A DNA stretch of 61,472 nt from Thermococcus sp. JdFR-02 (GCA_002009975.1 MTLP01000039.1:1-61472), one strand, 5' to 3'. Shown: positions 38,892 through 49,721, counted from the stretch's first letter. Translations and numbers: made by a program. Notes: generated from the sequence alone by a model not told the origin.

Positions 38892-39698
38892 TTAATAATT
38901 CCAAGTTTCGGCTATGACATCATGCTTGTGAATGCTTTCGTTACTTATGACTTTAACATGGATCTTTCCCCTAAAGCGCTTCTTTGCCTTATGGAGAATT
39001 TCTCTCGCAACATCTTCTACAAACTTTGGATTTTTGTACATCCCCTGTACAACAGCGTTCTCATCCACTGTTTTTAACAGAGTATATGTTGGAAAACTAA
39101 ATGAACCCTCTACAACATCAATCATATCCTCCAAGGCTATTTCTTCATCATAATCAGTTCTAATCTCTAACATAGCTACAGCCCTCTGGATGTGGGTTTT
39201 TCCTTTGTTATTTGCCATTGCATGCGGACAGGCAGTATTTCCAATTACAGTTACTTTAAGAACCTTTTCCAATCTTTCTGGCTCTTTTATGACTCCAACC
39301 TCAACATCATAAGGCTCTAAACTAATTCTTTTACTTGCCGGTGTTTCTCTCTCAAGAATCAATTGAGTCCTAATCCACACTTCAGCTCTCGTGTGTCTAT
39401 GCTTTCCTTCAAGCCTTTCAATTATGCTGAGCTCAAGCTCTTCTAAAGATGTATGGACTTTACTCACTTCTTCCTCCACAGCCTCTCCCATGCTCTCGGT
39501 AATGCTCTCAACTAATCTGCTCATGTGTATTCCTTTCTTTTCTTCTGGAACATCTATAGTTATCTCAAACGTCGGAATAAACGTGTAAAGTTTACCTTTC
39601 CAATTGATCTTCGCTATTGTCTTCAAATTTGTTATCCCAACCCTATGCAAGCGTTCCCTTATGAGAGGAACCTCTTCCTGAGTCTCAAATATCTGCAT
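38892..39698 (-). CDS. mptA: GTP cyclohydrolase MptA (FolE2 family, GTP cyclohydrolase IV)
   Basis: [35 protein letters not shown]. Confidence 0.92.
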   Translation of the reverse strand: MQIFETQEEVPLIRERLHRVGITNLKTIAKINWKGKLYTFIPTFEITIDVPEEKKGIHMSRLVESITESMGEAVEEEVSKVHTSLEELELSIIERLEGKHRHTRAEVWIRTQLILERETPASKRISLEPYDVEVGVIKEPERLEKVLKVTVIGNTACPHAMANNKGKTHIQRAVAMLEIRTDYDEEIALEDMIDVVEGSFSFPTYTLLKTVDENAVVQGMYKNPKFVEDVAREILHKAKKRFRGKIHVKVISNESIHKHDVIAETWNY

Positions 39699-39711
39699 TT
39701 TTCTCACCCCG

Positions 39712-39725
39712 TTAGGATAGCCTAA
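39712..39725. promoter_or_regulatory. DtxR-like operator upstream of mptA
   Basis: Perfect palindrome TTAGG-ATAG-CCTAA between a minus-strand TTAAAA box (about 39736-39741) and the GGGGTGA RBS. Confidence 0.65.
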
Positions 39726-39743
39726 ACCTCAGGGCTTTTAAGG

Positions 39744-40505
39744 TTATTTCTTTAGAATCTCCATCAAGTTGCTGTAACTTTCTTTTGCAATCTTTAAATC
39801 ATCCTCTTTTAATTCCTTTCCATATTTAGCCTTTTCAAAAATCTTTGTTAAAGCATCAAGATCTGCTAGATCCTCAAAAATGTCCCTAAGCTTTTCTTCA
39901 TGCTCTAAATGAGTCCAGCTTTTCTGATAGGGATAACCTTTCCTTATCAAACCAGCCACAACATTTTTATACATCTTTATAATTCTCTCCCTTTGAGTTC
40001 CCTCTATCTTATCAAATTCCAGTTCTGGATTGAAAGTTGGGATATCAAAAGAAACCCTTCTAGCACGTTTTATTTTTGCCGTAGCCAAGATTGCAAAGAA
40101 GAGTAATATAGGTATCAAATAGAAATACCATGGTAGAGGTTTGTAAGTTAGCTGTGCTATGGTCTTATTGAAGTGAAACTTTGGATACTTAATTATGGGT
40201 GGTTCAGAGGGAGGGTAAATCCTGACCTTTCTTGAAAACAGCTGTCTCAGAGCAATTACAAGGGCTAAGATAACTATTAGCATTCTGGTAAATTCCCATC
40301 TTGATCTTTTTCTCGCAGCAAGACCAAAATCAAATCCTTTTTCAAAGAGAAACTTCAGAGCTAATGCTAATGCAACAAAGAATGCTGCACCTATAGTGAG
40401 ATAAATCCATTCAATGTTTAGATAACTCATACCATAGTACCGAGTAGATGAATGAAGGAGGGAAAACAACAGGAGCAAAAGCACAAAGGAGATTAGCTTT
40501 TTCAA
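39744..40505 (-). CDS. Membrane protein with C-terminal DUF4129-like domain
   Basis: Four TM helices, then IIKMYKNVV...GYPYQKSWTHLEH...LTKIFEKAKYG. Confidence 0.75.
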   Translation of the reverse strand: MKKLISFVLLLLLFSLLHSSTRYYGMSYLNIEWIYLTIGAAFFVALALALKFLFEKGFDFGLAARKRSRWEFTRMLIVILALVIALRQLFSRKVRIYPPSEPPIIKYPKFHFNKTIAQLTYKPLPWYFYLIPILLFFAILATAKIKRARRVSFDIPTFNPELEFDKIEGTQRERIIKMYKNVVAGLIRKGYPYQKSWTHLEHEEKLRDIFEDLADLDALTKIFEKAKYGKELKEDDLKIAKESYSNLMEILKK

Positions 40506-40517
40506 ATTTTTGTCACC

Positions 40518-40907
40518 TCATTTTCCATTCAGCATATAATAAAGTGTTCTTAGCGGGATATTTAGCTCTTTACTGATTTCCTTCAAACTCTTGCCACTCT
40601 TAAGCCTCTGTCTGATTTGTCTCACAACATTTCCATCATACTTCCTCGGTCTCCCCCTTGAGTGCGAGATTGGAACAACTTCGACACCAAGCTGCTTCAA
40701 GGCAGAGATTACTTTTTTAGAAACCTTGGGATAAAGACTTGGTGGACAGCCAATAACCTTTACATTTGGAGCATTTTCAAGGATCCTTACAATTATCTCC
40801 TTAGTAGGGCGAAGATTGACGTAAACTTCTGTTGTCTCATCATTAAGCAATGCATCAATCTTCTTCAGCAGTTCCTCATTATTTCTCGCCTTAATCTCAA
40901 CCCTCAT
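40518..40907 (-). CDS. DUF1699-like protein with C-terminal HTH
   Basis: VYVNLRPT...CPPSLY..VS, RGRPRKY, SLKEISKELNIPLRTLYY HTH. Confidence 0.7.
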   Translation of the reverse strand: MRVEIKARNNEELLKKIDALLNDETTEVYVNLRPTKEIIVRILENAPNVKVIGCPPSLYPKVSKKVISALKQLGVEVVPISHSRGRPRKYDGNVVRQIRQRLKSGKSLKEISKELNIPLRTLYYMLNGK

Positions 40908-40912
40908 AAACA

Positions 40913-42169
40913 TCACCTTTGCAAAAGCTCCAAAAATTTCTTCGCTTTATCACTCTTAGGCATAAATTTCTCAAACTTAGAGGTCTCACTAAACAGTGAA
41001 GTGTGGAATCCAGAAATCACAAGCTTTCTAATTGCGTCTATTAATTCTTCCTCAGATATTCCCAAAATCTTCGCTATCCTTTTTTCATCAAAGGGGCTTA
41101 TGCCATAGAGAATTGCTCCTCCTAGGAGGTAGTTTGGAATGTTGGATATTTCACTTCTCTTCCCTATCAATATGCTTTCAATCTCACACTTCCTAATCAC
41201 AAGCATGCTCCCAAATCCAATTCTGAACTCTGGTTCTTTAATAAAAGGAACATCGAAAATTGAGTAATGACAATCAATGCAAAGCTTGATATCCGGATAT
41301 AGACCAATACTGCTCCTTTCTTTCTCTGATGTTAAAAAGTAGTACTTAAATAAATCCAATCCCAGATATTCAAGTCCCCTCTCCGGGTCTAATGAAGAAT
41401 ATGCAAGAGCTAAGTTATCTACGGTGTAATGGTTGTTTATTAGGACACCTTTTGTTTTCACATAGCTTAAAACTCTCCACCTTAGCTTTCTTCCGTACCT
41501 CTTCCTTAATTCCTCATCAACGTTAACATCCGTTGGAAGGTCAAGTCTAGCCTTTTTTAACCTTCCTTTGCTCCAATACTCAACCTCAATTCTAAAGCTC
41601 TTCTTTTTTATCACTCCTTTCTCCCTCAGCCTTGCCTTAATTTCTTTGAACGTGTCTCTAACATCAACGCTCTCCTGGCTTAACAGCTTTAGCACATCTC
41701 CAGAATACGCCAAATAGGGCAAAATATCAATTCTGCCAATGGAGAATGGCTTTTTAACAACCCTAACTCTGTTTGCAACTTTCCTATCATTTAATGCTTT
41801 AATGTTCACTTCTGTGTCTCCGTCATAGAATGAGTAATTAGCGCTAATTAAAGCGAGAGCCATCTTATGTGCAGTTATTGCACTCCTAAGCCTTTCCAAA
41901 GCTAACAAACGGTTGTGTCTCTTTTTATACAACCAGTATATATGTGGATCCCTGTTCTTTCTTTCCCTTGCTTTTGGGATTCCTAGGGATTCGCCTACCC
42001 TTCTTGAAAGCTCATCTTCAAATTCTCTTAGCAGAGAAAGATTTTTCTCCAAATTAAAAACAATTAAAGGAAGGGAATTTTCGATATCCTCAAATAACCC
42101 ATCCATATCAATTCCTATGTCATCTAAGATTTTGTTAACTTGGGCAACCAACTCTTCGGTGGTTGTCAT
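40913..42169 (-). CDS. DUF530-like conserved archaeal protein
   Basis: [51 protein letters not shown]; translationally coupled to top6A. Confidence 0.65.
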   Translation of the reverse strand: MTTTEELVAQVNKILDDIGIDMDGLFEDIENSLPLIVFNLEKNLSLLREFEDELSRRVGESLGIPKARERKNRDPHIYWLYKKRHNRLLALERLRSAITAHKMALALISANYSFYDGDTEVNIKALNDRKVANRVRVVKKPFSIGRIDILPYLAYSGDVLKLLSQESVDVRDTFKEIKARLREKGVIKKKSFRIEVEYWSKGRLKKARLDLPTDVNVDEELRKRYGRKLRWRVLSYVKTKGVLINNHYTVDNLALAYSSLDPERGLEYLGLDLFKYYFLTSEKERSSIGLYPDIKLCIDCHYSIFDVPFIKEPEFRIGFGSMLVIRKCEIESILIGKRSEISNIPNYLLGGAILYGISPFDEKRIAKILGISEEELIDAIRKLVISGFHTSLFSETSKFEKFMPKSDKAKKFLELLQR

Positions 42170-43323
42170 GGCAATAGTTCCTCTTTAGCAATTTTTTCAG
42201 GGAGATATTTCTTAGCAACAAACTCCAAACTCTTATTTGCTAAAGCTTGCTGTTCTATCCTAACACCCCACTTTAATGCCAATTTTAATTGCCTCTGCCA
42301 CTCTTTGGTCTTAAACCAAGGATAGTTCATCTCTTCAATTATTCTCTTGTAGTCTCCTGAAGGACCTCCCCTCTTGTTGGGAGGAATTCCCTTAAGTTTC
42401 TCCGTAACATTACGTAAATCGTATTTTTCAACATCATCCATTGTCATTCCTACGAACTTAGCCTCTGGAGTTGCTAGTTTTTCGCTCAAATAGGCTAAGT
42501 TAATCGAACCTTGCTTAATTGTTGAGTAGATATACCAACCGTATGGGTCTCCATCTGTGAAGACGATTATGGGCAATCCTTCTTCATAGTGAAGTCTGTG
42601 AATTAATCTTCTCACACCTCTTGAAGCCTGTCCTTGAGTCGCTATAATTATCGCCTTTTCCTTCTTTGGATACTTTTCTTCAATTAAACGATCAGCCATA
42701 GCGGCTGTTTCGACTACCAAAACATAATCGGCATTTATGTTAACGAACTCTAAGTGTTCAACAGTTCCTGGAACTGCCCATCCACCCATACCAAGCTTTG
42801 AACAATTAAATTCATCTTCTCCATCTCTTATTGTAAGATCTCCATAAACGTAACCTCTTCTGTCAGCTGTAAGGTGCATTTCTTCTCTTAAAACACCTAA
42901 CGTTCTCTCTAAGTCCTCAATGATTGGATCACTTTCGCTTTGGCTCTCAAAGGTATTCTCTTTGCTCCCAGCCAAGCTGTGCTTGTTTGCATAATATGCT
43001 TCTCTCAAGCTCGCGTGCTTTCCTTCACTAACCAATCTTTTCACGTAAGCGGCTATTAACAAAGTTTGCATGAACTTTCTTGCATGAGCAACGTTAAGGA
43101 AATAACGTCTTGAGAGCTTGTTTCCCATCTTGATTAACCTTGAGCGCTCATCAAAGTAAACATTGCTCAGTCCTCTTGTTGGAATGTCTATAAATGGATT
43201 CCTTCCTTCCCTTACCAGCTCAAGTATCTCTTTGCCCAAATCTTCTAACTTTTTTATGACTTTTTTGGGATCATAACTAAATCTTTCCTTGGGCTTCTCT
43301 CTTTTTATCGGCATTTCACTCAC
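42166..43323 (-). CDS. top6A: DNA topoisomerase VI subunit A
   Basis: SLREAYY (catalytic Tyr), [28 protein letters not shown] Toprim motif, EQQAL. Confidence 0.97.
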   Translation of the reverse strand: MSEMPIKREKPKERFSYDPKKVIKKLEDLGKEILELVREGRNPFIDIPTRGLSNVYFDERSRLIKMGNKLSRRYFLNVAHARKFMQTLLIAAYVKRLVSEGKHASLREAYYANKHSLAGSKENTFESQSESDPIIEDLERTLGVLREEMHLTADRRGYVYGDLTIRDGEDEFNCSKLGMGGWAVPGTVEHLEFVNINADYVLVVETAAMADRLIEEKYPKKEKAIIIATQGQASRGVRRLIHRLHYEEGLPIIVFTDGDPYGWYIYSTIKQGSINLAYLSEKLATPEAKFVGMTMDDVEKYDLRNVTEKLKGIPPNKRGGPSGDYKRIIEEMNYPWFKTKEWQRQLKLALKWGVRIEQQALANKSLEFVAKKYLPEKIAKEELLP

Positions 43324-45052
43324 TCTCCTCGTTTACCTCTTCAACGCCGGGAGAAGTCATTACAACTTCTTCAACTTTTTCAGTCTCCACTTCCTCAAAT
43401 TTTCTCGTTATCAGCTCTACAAAGTAATTCCTAACTTCTTCCTCTGGCTCATTGACTAAGACGCTTAATGCTTTCGCTATTTCATCAACGTATTTTTCTA
43501 GTGTTTTTCTGCGCTTTACAACATACAGTTTCCTGTGCTTTCCGCTAAGATAGCGCTTTAATCTTCTTCCAACTTCCATTAATGCAAGCCTAATCTCTTC
43601 GTATATCTCCTCTTCACTTGCTATGCTTTGCTTACCTGTTGACGTATAGGGAACGTGGACACTGAGAACGTTAATCATTATTATCAAAGGAGCACTCTCT
43701 AAGTCATCAACCTTATAACGCTTCCAGTCTACGCTTTTAGTGGCTAGTGTAGTCACACAAGAACCAGCATCAAACAACAGTGGAACTCTGTTTGCATACC
43801 TTAGCAAATTAAAGCCATTCTCAATGTTACCACCAAATGCCAAGCCAACTTCAACTTGGAATGGAACACCTCCGCGATAAACCTTTGGTGATCTTGTTAA
43901 AGCCGTAACAAACTCCGGCTTTAGAATCGAGACAAGTCCTCTTTCTATGTTTATCTCCCCAATTGGTCTCAATCCATGGGTTGGTGGAGCTAAGAACTTC
44001 ATGTATTTAAAGGCTTCAACTATCTCTTCAGTTTCATGCCATGTAAGCTTAGCAGGCTCTTTTTCTATTAGCTTTCTAGCTGCTCTCAAAGCTTGCTTTC
44101 CTTTTTTCCCATAGCTCCTTAAGATTATGTCAATTTCTCCATTAGCCAATCTTTCCAGCAATTGTTTTCTCCTGTTCTTATCCTCTTTCTTTATCAAGCG
44201 GAGGGCTGCAATATATCTAACCAGTTCTTCTACCCTTTGATCACTAATTCTTGAAAATTCTCCAATTAAAAACCTCTTCACAGTTTCTCTTCTTGTTTTT
44301 TTAGCCATTCTGAAAACATCATCAGTAATAACTCCCTTTGGATGGGGCTTCATTTCTACAGGTGGCTCTGGAATCTCCTTGCTACTTCTTGGGAAAACTA
44401 TTAATCTTCCATCAGGTTCAATAAGCTCAATATGAGCGTGTGGATTTGCAATGGCTGTTAATTTAAGGTACCAATAAGGACCTTGCTTTGAGCGGATATA
44501 CCTAACATCCTTTACTTCAAGCTCTATTCTTGTTCCTCTCCATCCTGTTGGGTTTTCATGTTTTGTCTTCTTCACGATTTTTCCTTCATTCTTTTCAACA
44601 TCAATCATAACCCAAGCTTCTATAATGTCTCCTCCTGTTGAAGTTATTACCCTCGTAGCTTTACCACTAGTCATTTGAGCAAACATTACCGCACCACTTA
44701 TACCAATACCTTGCTGACCTCTGCTTTGTATATTTCTATGGGCTTTAGTTCCAGCAAGCATTTTACCAAAAACGTGGGCAATGTAGTTCTCTGGTATACC
44801 CGGACCATTATCCTCAACTATTATTTTGTAGTGCTCTGATCCAAGTTCTTCAATTTCAACCCTAACATAGGGCAAAATTCCTGCTTCTTCACAAGCATCT
44901 AGAGCATTCGTAACTGCTTCGTGGATGAGGGTTGTCATAGACCTAATTTTTCCAGTATAACCCAACATTGCAGCATTTCTTCTAAAAAATTCGCTCACAC
45001 TTTGGATTTTAAACTCTTTGAAGAGCTCTTTGGAATCCTTAGAATCTTTCAT
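43316..45052 (-). CDS. top6B: DNA topoisomerase VI subunit B
   Basis: [36 protein letters not shown] motifs; RYANRVPL. Confidence 0.97.
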   Translation of the reverse strand: MKDSKDSKELFKEFKIQSVSEFFRRNAAMLGYTGKIRSMTTLIHEAVTNALDACEEAGILPYVRVEIEELGSEHYKIIVEDNGPGIPENYIAHVFGKMLAGTKAHRNIQSRGQQGIGISGAVMFAQMTSGKATRVITSTGGDIIEAWVMIDVEKNEGKIVKKTKHENPTGWRGTRIELEVKDVRYIRSKQGPYWYLKLTAIANPHAHIELIEPDGRLIVFPRSSKEIPEPPVEMKPHPKGVITDDVFRMAKKTRRETVKRFLIGEFSRISDQRVEELVRYIAALRLIKKEDKNRRKQLLERLANGEIDIILRSYGKKGKQALRAARKLIEKEPAKLTWHETEEIVEAFKYMKFLAPPTHGLRPIGEINIERGLVSILKPEFVTALTRSPKVYRGGVPFQVEVGLAFGGNIENGFNLLRYANRVPLLFDAGSCVTTLATKSVDWKRYKVDDLESAPLIIMINVLSVHVPYTSTGKQSIASEEEIYEEIRLALMEVGRRLKRYLSGKHRKLYVVKRRKTLEKYVDEIAKALSVLVNEPEEEVRNYFVELITRKFEEVETEKVEEVVMTSPGVEEVNEESE

Positions 45053-45722
45053 AATACATACCTCCTTCAAGCTCTAAATCCTTCTTTCTCCTTTCTAGAT
45101 ACTTGTAGACTGTTCCATGGGGAGAACCCCTTGCAAGCTTTTCAATAGCAGTTTTTGCTATCTCAACTTGGAGCGGGTTTCCAATTATAGAAACAGTTTT
45201 TCCATAAACGCTGATGTCGGTACCACTTAACTCTTCAATTAACTCTCTTGTCTTCCCCTTTCTTCCGATTATCCTTCCTCTAATTCTCTCTAAAGCTCTC
45301 TTCTCATTTCCAACGATTATATCTGTTAAGTCTATAACCTCCAATACCTCGCCTTCTTCAAGCAACCTAAATGCTCTCTCCGGGCTAAATCCTCTTCCAA
45401 TTGCTCTCACTACATCCCTCGCTTTCCAAACGGCTAACGGATCAGTTGTATCTTTTGTGGAAGTTATCCAAACCTCCCCACTTTCACTATCAACCTCAAT
45501 CCTAGTTTTTGTCCTCTCTTCAATCTGCTTTTTTGTCTCACCTTTCTTACCAATTAAAACTCCAATTCTTTCCTTTGGAATTCTAACAAACTCCTCTTGC
45601 TCTTCAAAAATTTCCTCAAACTCCATACCACCTTCAACTTCTCCACTCCTAAAGCTCTCTTCAGCTTTTTTATCGATATACTCATACTTCCTAAGCTTTC
45701 TCTCAAACTCATCCTCTCTCAT
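45039..45722 (-). CDS. KH-domain rRNA processing protein Dim2/Pno1
   Basis: RIGVLIGKKG, AIGRGFSPE, GRIIGRKGKTR, GSPHGTVY. Confidence 0.92.
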   Translation of the reverse strand: MREDEFERKLRKYEYIDKKAEESFRSGEVEGGMEFEEIFEEQEEFVRIPKERIGVLIGKKGETKKQIEERTKTRIEVDSESGEVWITSTKDTTDPLAVWKARDVVRAIGRGFSPERAFRLLEEGEVLEVIDLTDIIVGNEKRALERIRGRIIGRKGKTRELIEELSGTDISVYGKTVSIIGNPLQVEIAKTAIEKLARGSPHGTVYKYLERRKKDLELEGGMYYERF

Positions 45723-46501
45723 AATCCCTCACCTACAAGCTCTTTGAACTTCTCATCGATGTTATCAACGCTAACACCTTTTTTACCAAAGTAATTGATG
45801 ATGTTCCTCAAATCCCTATAGAGGAGAGTTTTAGCCATCCTATTCCTGCTTACAGTTGCTTGAGACCAATCGATTATAACGGGAGAGTCCCAAATTAAGA
45901 TGTTGTATTCACTCAAATCACCGTGAACCATGTCCCCTCTTTTCCATAAACGCTCTATAGCTCTCATTGAGAACTCATAAAGCTCCTCAAAGTCCTTCTT
46001 TTCTAACAATTTTTCAACATCTTTTAATCTTGGAGCAGGTTCTTCATTTCCAATAAACTCCATTATCAAGATGTTATTTCTAAAGGCAATAGCCTCGGGA
46101 GCTCTAACAGCATATTTAATAGCCCTTTGCAAGTTTTTGAACTCTCTTCTTGTCCAAATAAACACGAGCTTTCTAATATCTTTTGGAAGGTAACCAACTC
46201 TTGGATCTGCGGCTAAATATTCCCAAATCCTTCTAAATTCGGTTGTATAAGTGCGATATATTTTAACCGCTATTAGATTTCCATCGCTGTCAATACCTTT
46301 GAAGACGTTTGCTTCTTTTCCTGTTGATATTATTCCCAAGAGTCTTTCTATTTTTCCTCTACGCTTGAAATAGCTCAAAGTTTCAATTGTTGTCTTGTCA
46401 AATACCTCACTGAACACTTTATAGAGCTCGCTATTCTTTTGCCTATGCTCATCTAAGCCAAGAATCTCAAAAAGTTGTCTATCAAGCTTGTCTATAATCA
46501 T
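45719..46501 (-). CDS. rio1: Serine protein kinase Rio1
   Basis: ISTGKEANVF, AVKIYR, VHGDLSEYNIL, IIDWSQA. Confidence 0.95.
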   Translation of the reverse strand: MIIDKLDRQLFEILGLDEHRQKNSELYKVFSEVFDKTTIETLSYFKRRGKIERLLGIISTGKEANVFKGIDSDGNLIAVKIYRTYTTEFRRIWEYLAADPRVGYLPKDIRKLVFIWTRREFKNLQRAIKYAVRAPEAIAFRNNILIMEFIGNEEPAPRLKDVEKLLEKKDFEELYEFSMRAIERLWKRGDMVHGDLSEYNILIWDSPVIIDWSQATVSRNRMAKTLLYRDLRNIINYFGKKGVSVDNIDEKFKELVGEGL

Positions 46502-46511
46502 TTTCCCTCAC

Positions 46512-46856
46512 TTACAGTGTAAGACCGCCACTTAGAAACTCCTGAGTTATCTTTCTTTTTCTCAGCAGCCAATCAACTTGAGTCCTTGTATATCTATAGA
46601 CGATATCTCCTCTCTCATTCGTTTGAACGGGCCAAGGTTGAATAATAACAACGTCTCCAACTTTAACCCACATTCTTCTCCTTAGCCTTCCCGGAATTCT
46701 GCATCTCCTTACGTATCCATCTGCACATCTAACGTCCATCCATCCAGCACCTAATGCTTGTTCCACTATCCCAAAGACTTGATTTCCTTGAGGAAGGGGA
46801 ACCCTAATAACCTCTTCATTTTCAAACGTTCTATTATTTCTTTTATTCCTTGCCAT
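46512..46856 (-). CDS. eif1a: Translation initiation factor aIF-1A
   Basis: [20 protein letters not shown]...GDVV...RGDIVYRY. Confidence 0.96.
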   Translation of the reverse strand: MARNKRNNRTFENEEVIRVPLPQGNQVFGIVEQALGAGWMDVRCADGYVRRCRIPGRLRRRMWVKVGDVVIIQPWPVQTNERGDIVYRYTRTQVDWLLRKRKITQEFLSGGLTL

Positions 46857-46999
46857 GAGCATCACCTCCAGTGATACAACTTATTAAAACATGTTAAGGC
46901 TTATAAATGTAAAGCCTTTGCAAAAATTTTCCACAAATAGTATCTGTTGAGAGTTTAAAAATTTTTGCATTAAATAGCGGGGTGGAGAAAATCTCAGCT

Positions 47000-47568
47000 T
47001 CTTTGCAACTTTTATCACCTTTTTACCCTTCAACAAAAACAGGATTTCATGAAATTGCTCAATAACCCTAATTCTCTTCTATCTTTTACGCAATTAGTTG
47101 AAGATTTTTCGATTCTTGACAGAGAGTCTTATCTTTAGATTTTAATGAAGTTTGGCAATCTATTCTTCAATCAGACTTATATAAAGGATTTTGAACTCTT
47201 TAGTAACTTAGTTTTATTAAAAACTTGATTTTTAAGCTCTTGATGAATTTAGAATTGGGTTTTGTTAAATGCTGGAATTTTTGACTTTCTTTTTAAGCTT
47301 TCCCGATAAGAAAGTTAAGATCGCAAAATTCTGACTTTTTAAGAAAAGAAATTTAGGTTTGGAGCTTTTTCATGAACGTGGAAAAGTGATGTCTGGTTTT
47401 GTTCATTGTGCCAAAACTCTGGGTTTAAGAGTTTTATCGGTAAATAGCCTTTAATTTGGGCTTTAAGTGAGCCTCTATCCTCGCTCTTTTATTGTACCTT
47501 TATGGAAAAGTATTTATATTTTGAGTTCTTTTAGAGTCTTATTGGGGAAATGGGGGAAATTCGCCCCT
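47000..47568 (+). promoter_or_regulatory. CRISPR leader (AT-rich, BRE/TATA at about 47504-47519); left boundary approximate
   Basis: ORF-free AT-rich region ending GGAAAAGTATTTATAT...CGCCCCT directly before repeat 1; the degenerate repeat is at the far end of the array. Confidence 0.75.
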
Positions 47569-47867
47569 GTTCCAATAAGACTTTAGAAGAATTGAAAGAG
47601 CCGCAAAAGTCGTTTTCCCCGACTGAGTTTTCCCAGTTCCAATAAGACTTTAGAAGAATTGAAAGTGAATTGTAGCTTTAAACGAACCTTGATTAGCTGT
47701 ATTGTTCCAATAAGACTTTAGAAGAATTGAAAGTGTGCTCTTCATCATCGCAGCGTTCATAATCTTGGCTGTTCCAATAAGACTTTAGAAGAATTGAAAG
47801 GCGTAGAAAGTCGCTCTATCTCTTGTCAAGTCTATCAGTTCCAATAAGACTTATAAAAAATAAGAAA
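47569..47867 (+). CRISPR. CRISPR array: 4 identical 30-bp repeats, 1 degenerate terminal repeat, 4 spacers
   Basis: GTTCCAATAAGACTTTAGAAGAATTGAAAG at 47569, 47636, 47704 and 47771; degenerate copy at 47838 (first 15 nt match); spacers of 37, 38, 37 and 37 bp. Confidence 0.97.
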
Positions 47868-47880
47868 AATCAGAACTTTT

Positions 47881-48783
47881 CTATCCTTCAAAGATTTTTT
47901 CCATCATCCATTTCTCATCAAAGGGCATCAAGTCGTCGTAACTCTGCCCAACACCAACAAAAAGTATCGGGGCACCAATTGCATGGCTTATACTTAAAGC
48001 CGCGCCCCCTCTTGCGTCTGCATCGAGTTTTGTTAAAATAACACCATCAACTTTTACCGATTCATTAAATTGTCTCGCTTGTTCAATTATTGCATTCCCT
48101 GCTAAAGCATCCCCAACGAAAATAACTAAATCTGGCTTTGCTACCCTTACAATCTTTTTCATCTCGTCCATCAAGTTTCTGTTAAGCTCATTCCTTCCAG
48201 CTGTATCAACCAAAACCACATCAATACCTCTCGCTTTAGCGTGTTCTATTGCATCATAGGCAACTGCTGCAGGATCGGCACCATATTTGTGCTTTATTAA
48301 CCTAACACCAACTCTTTTTGCATGTTCTTCAACTTGCTCAATTGCACCAGCTCTAAAGGTGTCGCTCGCCGCTATAACTGCGCTTAAACCATTTTTCCTT
48401 AGCCAGTTTGCGAGTTTAGCTATTGTTGTTGTTTTTCCAGAGCCATTAAAGCCAACAAACACAATAACAAAAGGCTTTTCTTTCTTTGATTCAATCATCT
48501 CTAACAAGTTTATTTTTCTTTCTGGAGTCAAAACCTCAAGAACCGCACTTTCTACTGCCTCTTTAACAAGTTTTTTCTTATCGGTTCCAATTTTAACCTT
48601 TTGTCCAACCAGCCGTTGCTTAATTCTCTCTTTAAGTTCTTCAACCACCTCTAAAGCTACATCAGCTTCGAGAAGAGCCAACTCCAAGTCCCACAAAGCT
48701 TCTTCAACTTCTTTCTCTTTTATCTCGGTTTGAGCAACTTTATCGATGAATGATGAGAACTTTTCCTTCAGCTTTCCAAACAT
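47881..48783 (-). CDS. ftsY: Signal recognition particle receptor FtsY
   Basis: [41 protein letters not shown]. Confidence 0.97.
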   Translation of the reverse strand: MFGKLKEKFSSFIDKVAQTEIKEKEVEEALWDLELALLEADVALEVVEELKERIKQRLVGQKVKIGTDKKKLVKEAVESAVLEVLTPERKINLLEMIESKKEKPFVIVFVGFNGSGKTTTIAKLANWLRKNGLSAVIAASDTFRAGAIEQVEEHAKRVGVRLIKHKYGADPAAVAYDAIEHAKARGIDVVLVDTAGRNELNRNLMDEMKKIVRVAKPDLVIFVGDALAGNAIIEQARQFNESVKVDGVILTKLDADARGGAALSISHAIGAPILFVGVGQSYDDLMPFDEKWMMEKIFEG

Positions 48784-48875
48784 TTTAATCACCTTCCTTA
48801 ATACCCGCAAAAATCTTTATAAGTCCTCCCCTTTAATTGACCATAGGCCTTGAAAACTTAAAGGAGGTTATGATC

Positions 48876-49721
48876 ATGAAAGTAGCAAAAAAGGATGTAA
48901 TAAGGCTTCATTACACAGGAAAGATTAAAGAGACTGGAGAAATTTTCGACACAACTTATGAAGAAGTCGCAAAGGAGGCTGGCATATATAGAGAGGGGGC
49001 AATTTATGGTCCTGTCCCAATAGCCGTTGGGGCTGGTCACGTTCTTAAAGGATTGGATGAGAAGTTGGAAGGATTAAAGGTCGGAGAAAAATACACGATT
49101 GAGCTTCCTCCAGAGAAAGCTTTTGGAAAGAGAGATCCAAGATTAATAAAAACTTTAACTTTGGGACAATTTAAGAGGCACGGTGTTTATCCATTCCCAG
49201 GGTTAGAGGTCGAGATTGATGGAAGAAGGGCAAGAGTTTTGAGTGTTTCAAGCGGTAGAGTTAGAGTTGATTTTAATCATCCTTATGCTGGAAAAACCGT
49301 TATTTATGAGGTAGAAGTGGTTGAAAAAATTGAAGATCCAATTGAAAAAGTTAAAGGATTAATAGAGCTCAGACTGCCAAAGATAGACCTAAGCAAAGTT
49401 CAAATTGAAGTTGGTGAAAAAGACGTAAAGATTGACTTTGGAGAGCAGACAATTGAAGACAGAATGCTAATCCTTGGAGAAATACTTTTAGAGAGTGATT
49501 TGAAGTTCCTCGGATACGAGGAGATAGAGTTCACTCCAAGTGTCGATGATATAATCAAGAAGACACAGCCACAAATAGAAGTTGAGGAAAAGGAAGAAAC
49601 CAAAGAAGAAGGCAAGGAAGAAGTAGAAGCTCAACCAGAAGAAACAGAGGAAACAGTAGAAGAAAAAGTTGAAGAATCTAAAGAGGAAGCTGAAGAAGAA
49701 GGAGAAGAGGAGAAGGAATGA
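48876..49721 (+). CDS. slyD: Long-type FKBP peptidyl-prolyl isomerase (SlyD-like) with acidic tail
   Basis: HYTG...FDTT, PEKAFGKRD, VDFNHPYAGK; Glu-rich C-terminus. Confidence 0.92.
   Translation: MKVAKKDVIRLHYTGKIKETGEIFDTTYEEVAKEAGIYREGAIYGPVPIAVGAGHVLKGLDEKLEGLKVGEKYTIELPPEKAFGKRDPRLIKTLTLGQFKRHGVYPFPGLEVEIDGRRARVLSVSSGRVRVDFNHPYAGKTVIYEVEVVEKIEDPIEKVKGLIELRLPKIDLSKVQIEVGEKDVKIDFGEQTIEDRMLILGEILLESDLKFLGYEEIEFTPSVDDIIKKTQPQIEVEEKEETKEEGKEEVEAQPEETEETVEEKVEESKEEAEEEGEEEKE

Noticed and set aside
47823-48041. 72-aa ORF overlapping the CRISPR end
   Set aside because: Starts within spacer 4 and runs antisense to ftsY; no coding evidence.
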